DNA of 64,000 nucleotides from contig JAPETS010000013.1 of the NCBI GenBank assembly GCA_026023565.1, positions 62,001 to 126,000 on the forward strand. Reading direction: 5' to 3'. Shown here piece after piece: positions 22,987 to 36,002 of this stretch (the stretch's first letter is position 1; every line of letters starts with the position of its first letter). The notes beneath the pieces are model-generated. The model was not told the origin of the DNA and did not search any database. It saw only the letters and a program-made list of their open reading frames with translations. A program made the position numbers and the translations under genes. This DNA is from Cirrosporium novae-zelandiae (taxonomy: Eukaryota).

Positions 22987-25900
22987 TCAATAATCCGCCA
23001 CCCCCTCGCCAGTGACCTTCTTCCAGCTCTCTTCAAAAACACACCTTTTCCGACCTACGCCACCCCTCCCCCTCTCCAAACCCAACCTCCTCACGACGCT
23101 TAACCCGCCAGTGCCCAAGCCGATACTTTGGCCCATAATAATACACTCGCTGACACCCTCGACGCGATCACTCTTCATCATTCCAGCAGCATCAAACAGA
23201 TGATCAGCCGTCTTCTCGAAGCTGGCAAGCTGAAGCACCGAATCACGCATCTTGGAAAGGCCGAATCGGGTGATTCCTAGGACTTCTCCCTTGTATGTCA
23301 TGACATCGGCGAGGAGTTGCATGTGCCGGGGGTCGATGTCCATGTCACCCATGACGATAGCAATTTCAGAGACGATGGTGCTGCGGGCTGCTTCGATGCC
23401 GAGGACCTGGAGGGTTTCGATAACCGAGTTGGAGGTTGTTTTGTAGCCCCGAACGCCCGAGGTGGTCATACATTCACGGAGGCCGTAACCTTCGACTAGG
23501 AGTTGGTATTCGCTTAGCTTGTTGCCGCGGGGGTCTGTGCGAGGGTTGCCGGCGTCGTCTTTTAGGGGTGTGGCTTTGATGATGGCGCGATTGGCTTTTG
23601 GGTAGCCGCAGATGGGGATGGTGGGAAGCACACGTTTGAGGTCCATAACGCGCGCAAAAGTTTCTTGTGTGGCCGTTTTTTTCTCCGTGGCTTGTTTTGA
23701 GACCGTACTGCTGCGACTGCGGCTGTTCTTTTTGTTGGCTGTTTCGCTGCCGCTGGATGCCGAGTCTATGTGAATGTTGATCATGGGTCCGTTGACGTAG
23801 TAGGTTAGGTCATCTGCTTTGAAGAGCTTGTGTTTTTTGATTGCCCTGAGGATATGCGTCATGTCCACCTCGAGCTGGAGATTTTTAACGACACTAAAGT
23901 CAATCATCACGCTTATGTACGACTCCTCCTCCGCCCATACATCCTCGACATATTCCGCAATGTCTCCCACAAACGTCTTTTCGATCCGCCCTTTCACGAC
24001 CCGTGCCGCCATTTCTGCATTCTCGTTCACCAGGTTGCATTTGATGACCGGGGTACTGATTTCTTTTGAAGCGTTGATGATTTCTTTGATACGGGGGACA
24101 CCCTGTGTGATACTCATCCCGGCAACACCAGCAAAATGGAAAGTCTTCAACGTCATTTGCGTACCGGGCTCACCGATGGAATGAGCACCGACAGCGCCCA
24201 CCGCATGTTCATACTCCACCTGAGCTTTCTTATATTTGTACATGCAAGTTTTGAGGAATGATACCAGGGTTTTCTCTGATAACTTGCAGGCTTGAATAGT
24301 TGTAGGATCGTCGGGTTCAAGACCTTTATCCCGTCGGATCTTGTCCATACGCTGAATCTTATCGCAAACAAAATCTTCAACCGACTGCACAAAGTCTCGA
24401 GCGCTCTGTAGATGATCGACTGCGGCATCACTTTGGTCATCAAAGTCCAATACCTCACCAAATATACTCTTGCGGGTTAATTTAGCCCTCTCTTTCATTA
24501 GTATCTCGTGGCTCAGAGCCAAGGCAGCCGAGGGTAGCAAACTTGGGTGTTTGTTATCCCAAGTTATGGCTTCTATGTGATTATATGTTCTTTCAAAATT
24601 CACAGGTTTTGCTTTACCCTCCATATCAACAGGGTCGAGTTTGTCATCACCGTATTGAAATTGGACAACCGTACCCGAGGAATTTCGAACCGTATCATCA
24701 TATTTTGTCGATAGATCTTCCAGGGACTTCATCAGTCGTCGAGACATATAACCTGTTTCAGCAGTCTTCACAGCTGTATCAACCAGACCTTCACGTCCAG
24801 ATATAGCATGGAACAAGAACTCGGTAGGTGTTAGGCCGGAGTAAAAGCTATTTCGGACAAACCCTTTGGAAGGAGGTTGGCGGGCATTCTTGGGGAAATG
24901 AGGCAAACTGCGATCTTGAAATCCATCTGCAACACGCTTGCCACCAATAATCTGTTGTCCGACGACTGCAACCATCTGGGACACGTTAATTGCGGATCCC
25001 TTGGAACCAGACGTAGCCATTATTAGAGGAGAATTCCACTTGCTTAACCCTGCTATGCAGGCGTCTCCAGCTTCTGTTCGAACCTTACTCAGGACACCGG
25101 AAATTTCGTTCTCCATGGTCTCTTCTTCCGTGCAACCTGCAGCTTTTTCTAACGTGTGATTCTTGAATTTATCAATAATCTCATCTACCTTTTTATATGC
25201 CCGCTCCACTAGAGCATGCTTCATGTGTACGAGGAAACTTGTTGGTGTAACGTCACTAATTCCAATAGAAAATCCTTGACTGGCCAACCATCTGGCACAC
25301 AGCTTGGATATTCGATTCATTGCCAGGACAGCTTCGGCAGGCCCATAATCTCTGAGGATGACATAAAATACAGAATCTTTTTTACCAGAGCCAACGGTAG
25401 ATTTGTCCATGACACCACACATGACTTCCGAGTTGCGTACGCATAGCCAAGTGTCATTGATATTCTCATCTTTTACACCATCCTTTGGTTTATATCCACG
25501 ACAAGCCGCATCGAGGTTGACCAAGACTGGAGATTCCAGATTTGGGCGCATTAAGATATTAAAAACTTGTTTCCCGGTCCAGAGCATTTCCGGTTTGAGA
25601 ACTGCTGGAGCTGGTAAATCAATGGTAGTCCCTTGCTCCATCATCATCATACATATATTTGAAAATTGGGCGCGGTCATAGAATACGTCTTTCCCACTTA
25701 GGAGATATGCAGCACTGATAAAATCTTGAATAGCAGCAATGATAGGCTCTCCGTTCTTTGGTGTTGCAAGATTGTGCTGTACACCCATAAGCTCTCTGGC
25801 CTCGGTCCTGGCCTCTTCAGTTTGAGGAACATGTAGATTCATTTCATCTCCATCAAAATCAGCCTATAACTATGTTAGTAAATGAAGTTTTACAGTGTCT

Positions 25901-27513
25901 AAGACTTGTTCTTACATTATATGGATTGCACACACACTCGTTGAGTCGAAATGTTCTGAATGGACGAATCTTGGCAAAATGGCATAATATACTAAGCTTG
26001 TGAAGCGATGGCTGTCGATTAAACAGAACAATGTCACCATCCTCAAGATGCCTTTCGACCACATCACCGACATTCAAGCTCTTGGCTAGCTGATCAGGGT
26101 GGCCGTATTTGAGATATGTCACAGTTTCTTCGCCTGTTTCTGAATTTGTTCTTCTAATATAATTGGCTCCAGGCCATTTTTTTATCCCGTTTCTTACTCT
26201 TTCCTGTAGTTTTTCTTTGTTGTAGTCCGTGACCCTCTCGGGGTAGGTAAGATTCTTAGCTACGAGCTCTGGCACCGCGACTTCATTGATGCTAAGATTA
26301 GGGTCTGGAGAAATAACCGTTCGGCCAGAAAAATCGACACGTTTTCCAGACAGGTTTCCACGGAATCGACCTTGCTTGCCTTTTAGTCGCTGGCAAAACC
26401 CCCGGATTGTTTTACCAAGCCCGGCATCTTGCAGGCCAGGGACATCACTGTTGACATACATGGCAATCTGTAATTGTAAAAAGGCCCACTGTTCCATAAG
26501 ATTTGCCACAGATTGGCCTTCTCGGAGCCCCTTTCTGATGAGAGAATTGACATAGACAATATCTGAGAGCTTTGTAGTGATATCATCTTCGGTACTTGCT
26601 AGATCCTGGGATACCGATGGGCGGATGCATACTGGGGGTGCAGGCACATACTGCCAAATAAACATCTCAGGCCTTCCCTCCGTTGGATCAATACCAAGAA
26701 GCTCACAGTCGGGATCAATCACTCGACGAAATAGTTTCAGAACCCTGAGAGGGTCCAGATCATCCAAGGCCTTTTTAATATTCTTATTAACCTCGGGATT
26801 GCCTTTTTTTGCCTCTTTGAACGAATCGTCAAACTCCAACTTTGCCCGTGGGGGATTCCTTCTCCCAGTAGCTGTATCTCTAAAAACCTTGAATTTGTCA
26901 TGTGTGATCTTGAGACCTTGTCCAGCCTTCTTGACCTGTCCATTGTAAGCACCGCAATGAAAGCACTGCTTCGACTTCTTGCATTCATCGTGAATTTTCT
27001 TGCATATCTGGGTCCGTCTCAGCTGGTCGATGTTGGGTCCTCGAAGACTGCGCAGGAAAGCACGCCGCTCTTTCTCCGGTAATAATACCCTGGAGCATTC
27101 CTTGCAGATGCACTGGAGTATGGTGATTATTCTTTTCAGATACCCGATATGAAAGGCTGGTAGCGCCAACCGGACATAACCAAAATGACCATTGCAGTCT
27201 TTCAGGACTTGACCACAGGTCTTGCATTGCGTATCCTTGCTGGAAGTGCCCATGCGCCCATCAAGAGGTCCGTTGCTAACGACCTGGCGAGTAGAAGCGG
27301 ATTCGTTGGTGATATCATAGAAGGCTCTTGTTGATACCTCGACCACACCCTGGTTGACGATATCTTGATTTGATCTACAAATGTGAGTCTCCGTTGTCAA
27401 ATTATTCCACCGACCGTAACATACAAGATTCCAAACTTGAGCTCCCTAATGCGCTTCGGAATGTTGTCGACCACCTGCCGCTTAACAGAAACAATGGGTT
27501 CTGTTTCCTCCAT
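22987..27513 (-). CDS. RPC1: RNA polymerase III largest subunit, 3 exons
   Basis: CKTCGQVLKDCNGHFG zinc site, GKQGRFRGNLSGKRVDFSGRTVISPD, FNRQPSLHKLSI, NPYN|ADFDGDEMNLHVPQT, GEPGTQMTLKTFHFAG, GVPRIKEIINA and LASFEKTADHLF. No CTD heptads. Confidence 0.96.
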
Positions 27514-28115
27514 TTCGATTAATGCTACCGAGTGGAAACTTTGGAGAGATCTGGAATTGTTTGTAGCCGCATGACCCAGAAACCGCTGATTGTTATTTCG
27601 AGAAAAGGTCGCCTAGATTGAATCGTAAAAATGGTACTAGAAAGTTTTTATGAGTTTTCCTCAGTGACGCTGGAGAAGGGTGACCAAAAGTGCATCAATC
27701 ATTGCGATACAGAGGTAGGTAATTTTGAACTAAAGTTTGGCGGGCGTGGCGGGGAAATTTCAAGCTATGACTCGGCCGACGGTATTTTTCTTTTCTTTTT
27801 TTTACTCAAACAGCCAAGGGTAACGAATTATCTATCATCTAACTATCTAAATCATCTATTGCCATCTCACTCTCTATAAAAGGCAATTGATGTAACCCAT
27901 CCAACTAGTTTTTATTCCCTATCCGACTTCTATTCCGCTTTTTATTACTCTATCGGCGGTATTTTCATAAATCTTCTCCAATGCGACCGACATTTAGATG
28001 CAAATTTCGAAATGATATTTCTAGCTTTTGAAAATATCCCCCTCCCAACATTTAGCAAGCTTATGGATCACTTACTCTATAGCAAACTCCCTTTTCGCAA
28101 CCATAGGACCGACTC

Positions 28116-29027
28116 TCAAACGCCTCTCCCCTCCGACTCTACCCAATCCCTCCAGTCCTTCCAGTCCGGATAATCGCAGCTCGCTTTCATCCCTTCGTAT
28201 CGAATCGTCTTGAAGTTCGTCACGGTTTCCCATCCCTTCCCATGCCGAGTACCATCACTCCACCCTGCCTTTCGCATTAAGCTTGTTAAGCACTCCTCCT
28301 TGGTCCAACCTTGCTCCGAACACACATCCGGTAGATACGTCGCGCCGTACTTTTGCCCCCTCCAATGAAAGCTTATTCGTATCCCATGTTTGCCTATTTC
28401 CCAGTCAAATGGATCGTTACAAGGTGTGAAATTGAGAAGTAGCGTCAAGCTGCAGGATAAGCTAGGACGCTCGCGAGAGTTGATTGGTGAAAAGCGGGTG
28501 TCAGAAAATGCAGAAGTGAGAGCATAACTTCTCAGGCCCTCGGAAAGTGGCTGGGGATCGAATGTACCGATGCACCCGCGGAGGGATTTATGACCACGTC
28601 GAGATATGGTATTCCAGGTTACAAAAAGAGGATATGAAGGTTCTGGGTTTGAATGGCCAGAAAATAAGGAAGAGAATGACGTAATTGAAGAGGCGGAAGA
28701 AGACGCAACTCCGGATGAAGAGGTCGAGGGAGTCGAAGCAGAAGAAGACGCCGATGACGACGGGGTCGAACGTGGCTTTAGACGGTCGAGATTCTTGTTC
28801 TTGAGGACGGATCTAGTAACAGGTCCACCACCCTCCTGCTCCTCGCCTTCTTCCTCATCCTCCTCATCATCATCTTCATCTTCACCTTCACCTACTTCAG
28901 CCACCTTCCTAGGTGCCGTAAAAAGTTCCCAAGACTCCTCAACCTCGGCCAGTTTCATCGGCGTCCGACCATCCAGGCTTGCAGAGAGGCACTCGAAGCA
29001 ATAGATGCAGTGGGCAACAGTTGCCAT
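28116..29027 (-). CDS. AMMECR1-domain protein
   Basis: MATVAHCIYCFE, PLFVTWN...LRGCIGTF, YALTSAFSDTRFSPI, WEIGKHGIRI and ATYLPDV..EQGWTKEE...LMRKAG. Confidence 0.92.
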   Translation of the reverse strand: MATVAHCIYCFECLSASLDGRTPMKLAEVEESWELFTAPRKVAEVGEGEDEDDDEEDEEEGEEQEGGGPVTRSVLKNKNLDRLKPRSTPSSSASSSASTPSTSSSGVASSSASSITSFSSLFSGHSNPEPSYPLFVTWNTISRRGHKSLRGCIGTFDPQPLSEGLRSYALTSAFSDTRFSPINSRERPSLSCSLTLLLNFTPCNDPFDWEIGKHGIRISFHWRGQKYGATYLPDVCSEQGWTKEECLTSLMRKAGWSDGTRHGKGWETVTNFKTIRYEGMKASCDYPDWKDWRDWVESEGRGV

Positions 29028-31119
29028 ATCGGATACCGTAATAGACCTCGAGGCTTGTGAGTAAAAAAAAAAACACCGACGATAAGTTAATGACGGCAAG
29101 ATAAGGCCGATTTAAGTGGAGGAGGAATGCAAAGAGGACTTTACTTGAAATCGGCCCAGAAGATGGCAATCAACGGGAGAATACAAATGTCTAGGGCGAC
29201 AAGTAAGAAATATAAACAAATTGACGAGAGTGGAGGAGGTGGGGTGGTAAGTGTAAGCATCAAGTAAAGAAAGGGTTTCGGTGGTAACTTGGTTGGTGAT
29301 TGATTGTCTTGCCTGCCAAGGTTGACGTTCAGTTCAGAGTGCCGTCCAGTTTAGCCAGCCTTATGCGGGTTGGGTTGGGTTTTTGGTTTTGCCCACTCTC
29401 GCACTTCACTTTTGGTAATTAACCAATGAGTAAGTACACTACCCAGGTAATGTAATAATGTAATAGTGTAATAATATAGACCCAAAAGAATTCCCGGTAA
29501 TTATAATAATTTAAATCAAATCCACAAGAAAAATAAGTCCCATGATATAAAAAAAAAAGAAAAGAAAAAAACACAAAAAAAACAAGAACATGACCAAGTC
29601 CCAAGTGAAGCCTGAAAGCCTGGCTGACCAAAACTTGAGTCGTTTGTGGTTTTTGCATTACGATGGATGGATAAAGAGTAATTAGTCTAACTTAAAAGTA
29701 AAGTAAAGTAAAGTTGCAACAATTACCCGTACGTGCCGTTACCCCGTCCGAGTCAAGTTGTCAAGTGTCAAGTTTGTCAAGTGAGAGTTGAGTTTATATT
29801 ATTAATCAGCATTAATGTATATATATGCACGTGTGACATAATTACTTACAGTACAATAAATGCTATGGCATGGCATGCATAAAAAATATACTACTACTCT
29901 CTAACTATCTATCTATAGCAATGACCCTATGTCTCACGCTCCCCCTCCCCCTCCATCCCCATGCCTCAAACACGCATATGTCTTAAAAAGAAACCTCCCC
30001 CCCCACTCCACTCCACTCCACTCTACTCTAAATACTTCTACTCTATTCCACTTAAGCAAAAAAAGAAAAAAAAAAAACCAAAAATGAAAGCTTCAAATAA
30101 AGAGAGTTACATGCAGTAGCTTTTGAGGATAACCTTAGCTACTCTAAATACAGTAGGTGGACGCTCCCAGACATCGGCCGTTAGAAGAGAGTCAGGGGCG
30201 CACGGTTACTCGGAGTAGTTTGATCGGGGGGCATGGCTTGATGGGGGAAGGTTGGTTCTCCCCTTCTAGAATTAACTCGAAGTACCCCTCCGGATATGTT
30301 ATTGATGGTTCTGGTTCTGCTTCAGATAAGGAACGATCGAACGAACGAACGAATGGATGGGTGATCGAACCAACCAACCAACCGGTCTGTGTCTACCTAC
30401 TGAGTACTGAGTAAATCACCTAGGTGTATTCAGGTGCAAGTAGCTAAGCTACCTAAGCCAGCTAAACTACCTAGGTACTGTGCAAGATAGACAGACATAA
30501 GTCGATCAGGAGTTAAGTTAGTTGGCAGCTACAACCTGCCTTGCCTGGCCCTGTCTCTCTGTACAGCACCTGTCTTAAATACCTTACCCCAATCCCATGT
30601 GCTTGCTCTTCTTCTAATTTGTCTCTTGATTTTTGTGTTCCTGTGTACGCCGAGAAATCCATTTTCTGTTCCCTCATTCGCTTATCACAGCGCTTTTTTG
30701 TTTTTTTGTTGTTGTTTATAACTTTCTCTTCCCTTCTTTCGCCTGTGGCAACAAAATCCAGTTCTTGGATATACATACACAACTACTGTCCTTGGACCCC
30801 TCTCTTAAGACAAGACAAGACAGACTCTTGAGGAGTTTGGAATTCATTCTTTGCTTGCTTGGTTTGTTGGCTACTACTACAGGCCTGCATTCATTCACTT
30901 TTTTCTTGTCGCCGGTCGACAAATACATACAAGTACAACAAAACAAAACAAATAAACGGTCGTTTTTCTGGCTCGAAGTTTGTTGCAATCTTAAACAAAA
31001 GCACAGCACCTATCTTGGAGGAAATATCCAGAAGACAAGATCACTCGCTGTTCTATTCACGTCAATTCTGCAAAAGAAACTCGGCATTCTATTTCGAAAA
31101 GGTCCAATTGATATTCACC

Positions 31120-31404
31120 ATGAAGCCCTCCTTCATCTTCATGTTGCTAGCAACCTCAGCCCTAGCCATCCCTCTCCCCTTGCATGGGAACGGGAAAGCT
31201 CGCGTAGATGGTATATCATCCAATCCCTTCCTCGAATTAACCAAAACCAAATTCCAGAAAAACTAACAAACCAAAAAAATAGACGTCACGGAAAGGTCCG
31301 CCGGTTCCGTCGGTTCCGCCATAATCCCAAAATTCAAAAAGATTTCCCGAGACATTCTTCCTTCGATCTCATTCCTAGGTCTGGATCACCTTGCCGAGAG
31401 TTAG
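31120..31404 (+). CDS. Small secreted peptide (70 aa), 2 exons (intron 31211-31282)
   Basis: CACCATG context and signal peptide MKPSFIFMLLATSALA-IP. The intron GTATAT...ACTAAC...AATAG gives MKPSFIFMLLATSALAIPLPLHGNGKARVDDVTERSAGSVGSAIIPKFKKISRDILPSISFLGLDHLAES*. Confidence 0.6.
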
Positions 31405-32100
31405 ATTGCAGGGATGAAAAAAAACCAATGTCATTCACGAACAAAAGATGGAAAAGAAAAGAAGAGAAAAAATGAGAAAACGGTCTAATCAACCAAATGA
31501 ATTTGATGTTGGTGCTGTTGATGATGGATGATGCGCTTTGTTTGAATTGAATTTGTCACCACTGAGAGAAAGGGACAGAAATTTAGGTCTAGGTTGTCAT
31601 GCTTGTTTTTTCTGACTGGTCTGGGTGGTGGGGGACGAGGAGGTGGGGGTGAGGATTAATATCCGGATAGTAGATAGGACTTTCTGTTCTTGTGTATCCT
31701 TTTAGCAATGACAACACTCTTTGAGTGTTTCGAAAGAAAGTTATCCTGAGGAAATCGTTACCATGTGAAATTGAGTAGCAAATGCCCATTTCGGGGCCAC
31801 AATGCCTGCTTCCAGAGCCAGGTCGTCAGTGTCCTCATGAAACTATGCTTTCTTCATGCTTTCATATTACGTACGTTATGCACTTTCATAGATAGACAGG
31901 AAACCAATCCATCCAAATAAATAATACCTCCTCCATATATCATCAAAAGACAACCATGAATGTTAGGCAAAACTGGGAATCCAGATTCTCTCAAGTTTGC
32001 AAAAAAGGGAGTCAAGATCAAGAACCATAAAAACAACCCCTGGCTCGAAATTGAGAATAAATATGATGAAGATGGCATGCATAAAATCTTATTTATATCA

Positions 32101-33469
32101 TCATGTCCTTCCGGTAGCTTTATTCCAAAGTCCCATGGTTGTCTCCTTGATTCTTCGTTCCTGTTCTCGGATTTGCTCTTCTGTTTGTCCCCTAGCGTCG
32201 CCTCTGCTATCGATATCCATCCTCGAGCCATCATCCACGTCTTTTTGTAGCTGTTCCCTTTTTTGCGCCTCCCGTTGCGGATCCGTGCTCATCGCACCCT
32301 CCATCATAAGCCCCCCACCTTCTCTCAATTTATTGATTGCTCGAACGGTATCAATGGCCTTGTGTAGCGTTCGTCGTGCGTTGAAGTTCTTCTTCACCAC
32401 AGGCAAGAGATCTTCTGCCTGGCCATTGGCATTGTCGGCGCCATTTTCTTTGATCCATGCGTGCTGTAAAGCCTCGTGGGCGGTCATGCGCGCGCGGGGG
32501 TCAATCGTTAGACAGCGCTTGATGAAATCACGAGCGGAGAGGGATACCCCGCGCCAGTACTCGACGGGGGTGAAGGAGTAATCGGCGATGAGAATGGCTT
32601 GCATTTCTTCAAGATTGGAGTCACGATCGAAGGGGGTGTAGCCGCAGAGAAGGAAATATGTTATCACACCAATGGCCCAGATGTCGCTACCTTTTGTCAG
32701 CCTTATGGATACCCAAAAAAGACACGAGACTTACACAGGTTTTCCATGTCCAGTTTTCTTGAAGATTTCTGGTGCCATATAGCCTGGTGTTCCACACGTG
32801 GTTGTGAGGACATGAAATTGTTCCTCATCCATTATTCTTGATAGACCAAAATCGGCGATCAGTAAATCAGCATTGTCCTCCGGTGTACGGAAGAGCAGAT
32901 TCTCGGGCTTCAAGTCTCGGTGTACGATTCCATGGTCGTGAAGATATGCAACAGCTGAAAGGGTTGCTCGTATTAATTCGGCCGCATCAGACTCATAGTA
33001 GCTGCCTTTGCGACAGATACGATCGAAGAGCTCCCCACCAAGAGCGAGATCGGTAACCAAGTACACTACCAAAAGCAGGTAAACATGGGATCAGCAAAGG
33101 AATCCGGAAAAAGGTCTCATACAGTTGTTCATGGTTTCGAAATAGTCAACCAAGGTTAGGATATTCTGATGCCCCATGGATACTCGTTTCAAGACTGCTA
33201 TTTCGTTCCGTACCTATTTGGTCGTCATGGGATCGTCAGCCTTTGGGGCGCAGGGCCGGTCAAGATGTTAAGAGGTGTCCAGCTCTCACCATATGTTCTC
33301 TGCCTGCCATTAGCCGTTTGTTGATCACTTTCGCAGCATAATATCTTCCAGTGTCTATATGCACACATTCTTTCACAACCGAGTAAGACCCAGCTCCCAG
33401 TGTTTTTCCAGTCTTGTACCGACATGGTTGAATCTGTGGTTTAACATTATTTCCTCCGTTGGCAGCCAT
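32101..33469 (-). CDS. cmkB: Ca2+/calmodulin-dependent protein kinase (CmkB/Cmk1 type), 4 exons
   Basis: QPCRYKTGKTLGAGSYSVVKECVHIDTG, HRDLKPEN, DFG, CGTPGYMAPE and the calmodulin-binding-like FNARRTLHKAIDTVRAINKLR. Confidence 0.92.
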
Positions 33470-34961
33470 TGTAATTGGAATAATTTGTTCGGGGTTGGAT
33501 GAAGAGGAAAGGTGTTTATGGAATTGGTTCGGGTGAGACTCGGTCCAGGGGGGGAGGGGTGGTGTAAAGAGTGAGAGTGCTTGTAGCTTATGGATCACGG
33601 GACTCTTAGAAGGTGGATATGAACGGTGGAGGAGCTGAATTTCGGAGTTTCAGATGAATTACAAAGTACAAAAGTAGTCTACGCTGTATAGTTATGGGGG
33701 GGAATGGATACGATAAAGTTTCGTAAGCCAAGCGGCTGACAAGTGAGAAAGTTACATATGTACTGTAATACCAAGTAAGGTAAAATATGAAAGTATTGAT
33801 ACTGGCGATACTGATAATGGTTTTGAAATGGCTGACGGCTGACAGGTCGGTGGTATTATTACTTTGACCACTGTAATCAACCTACAACAAAATCGTTGAC
33901 TTTTCACACTTATAATTATCCGTCAGAGATCAAGGGACTTTCGACAGGTAATCTATTAATTATCTATTCAATACTAGAAATATTAGCCAATTGGATAAGA
34001 GAAAGAGTTGAATCTACCCTATCATAGTTTGGCTTATCAAACGCTTGATTTTCAACAGAACCCGATGCGCTATCGTGGCTATCAACCATTACATGTTCCG
34101 AAATTGACTTGACGTTTGATCAGAGACTTGATGATGTTCATAATCGCATGATATTGATGGAGATGCGAGGTTGAAGCCATGTTTGCTCAAATTCAATTGC
34201 ATTGAATAAAACCTGATATCATGGCTGTTACAAAGCTTGGATGTCAGACCATGCTACCATCTTTCAGCCTCAGACTTCAGGTCAACCGAGGCATATTCCA
34301 TCCACTAGGTGTACTGTGCTAATAGAGGACAGAATTAGATAATAAATACCTTCCAGCTCTTTGCCTTGGAACTTGGATCTACAAAGAGGACCTAATGAGT
34401 AAGATATTATGATAATGGTTACAGCAACAACTAGGTTTCTCAAGGCTGATTGAGAGAGATGGCTCAAAGTATCACAAAGTCATTATCACAATGATCAAGT
34501 ACTTCTATAAAGTTCCAGTTCTCAATATTCTCATCTTTTATTTTTCTCCCCGTGGAGAAACCTCAATTCCTGCCCTACAATGTACTACTTGGTACCCTGC
34601 CGTGCCTGGCCAAGTTTTCAACAAACCAGTCTTTAAAAACTCACCGGGTCGTCACTTTATTCATCATTCAAGACCTACAGATTCTAGGTTGAACAATCCA
34701 ATTATCGGCAACCACTGGTAATTATCACCGACATCTTGCGTCGTTTAGTTGACGCCCATAAGCCCCCACTGGCAAGGCAGAATTATACATGGTCAAGTTA
34801 AGCACCCTAAGCTTACTGGAATCTATTCCGCACAGCCCTTAGACTCCCCACATTCATCCTTGTAAAACTACCATTATGCAAGGACAAACCGTTTTATTAT
34901 CAACCGAAGACCCTTTGAAACTTTGCAATGACTTTAGATGTTCAAGCTCCGTCAACAGAAT

Positions 34962-35560
34962 ATGCAGTCAGTACCACCGGGAAACTATATCGGTCCCAAC
35001 ATTAGCAAAGTCCTTAGTGCTCTCGGTACCTTGATCGGTTATATTGGCATTGAGATTGCACCCCACGGGGTTTTTGAACGTTTGTTATAGCCTCGGTGTT
35101 TCTACAATAGCTTTTCCGTTCGAAATGCTTGGAAGATGGCTTTTCTAATGCCCATGGGTGGCCCTTTGCATAAGGCGGCTCTCTAGACCTTGGATAAATT
35201 CTTTGGGGACGACCTCTTCAAAGGAGACAAGTTAGAGCATATGCTTGGAACCGCCTGCTTCCACGACACCAAGATTAAATACACTGTTCACGAGGGGGAC
35301 GAGTTCCAGGAAGTTAGAAATGGACTCTGGGTTCGAACTATTAACGGGATGCCAATGGAGTACAAGTAAAGAGGGAAACTCTGAATAGAAAAATTAAAAA
35401 ATATCAAGTAGAAGAGGCAAGGCCGTTGCTCAAGGCTCACTAGAAGACTAACGGTCAGCTACTTGACACTTTCACCGGTATCAAATCCCTAGCAGAACAC
35501 CAAGGACACCAAGGACACCAAGACCATCAATCATGATGTTGGTCTACAGTGATATATAAA
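34962..35560 (+). pseudogene. Disrupted gene of unknown function with in-frame TAG stops
   Basis: Protein-like frame MQSVPPGNYIGPNISKVLSALGTLIGYIGIEIAPHGVFERLL*PRCFYNSFSVRNAWKMAFLMPMGGPLHKAAL*TLDKFFGDDLFKGDKLEHMLGTACFHD...VRNGLWVR. Stops at 35088, 35184 and 35367. Confidence 0.65.
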
Positions 35561-36002
35561 ATGAAAGCTAGCCTTTCCTTCGTGCTTCTTTCTCCCTTTG
35601 ATCAATACAAACAGCTCGGTGTGGTCGATCTAGTCGGTCAGGGGCAGACCGTCTATTTTGGCTTGGTCTATTCCTTTCATTGGCTAGGAATTAGGAACAA
35701 GAAACCAAGGATGCTTATATAACTTGTCTATATCAAAAATACCTGTTGTTATCATAAAATCATGGCTCATGACACATGACACATGACATGTGAAGTATGT
35801 ACTGTACCAAGAGTTGCAGTCTATGCTGGCTCTATTACCTTTTCGACTTACCTTGAGAATATGTCCCTGCTCTATGTGCAATTGACCCTCTAGCCATTTA
35901 TACCTTACCTCAAATCCCATCTCTGTCCTATGTCTATTTGACCCGTCGGCATTCCCACCTTAAATTCCATCTCTGGTCTATGTCCAACTGGCCCGTTGCA
36001 AT

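Noticed and set aside
30633..31475. 280-aa ORF as a gene
   Set aside because: Non-ATG start and low-complexity F/L/K composition; it overlaps the better-supported spliced secreted peptide.
35320..35345. GGTTCGAA as a tRNA T-loop
   Set aside because: No cloverleaf or A-box around it, and it lies within the pseudogene frame.
35560..35670. GQGQTVYFG resembling an ABC-transporter fragment
   Set aside because: Too short, with no flanking homology visible.
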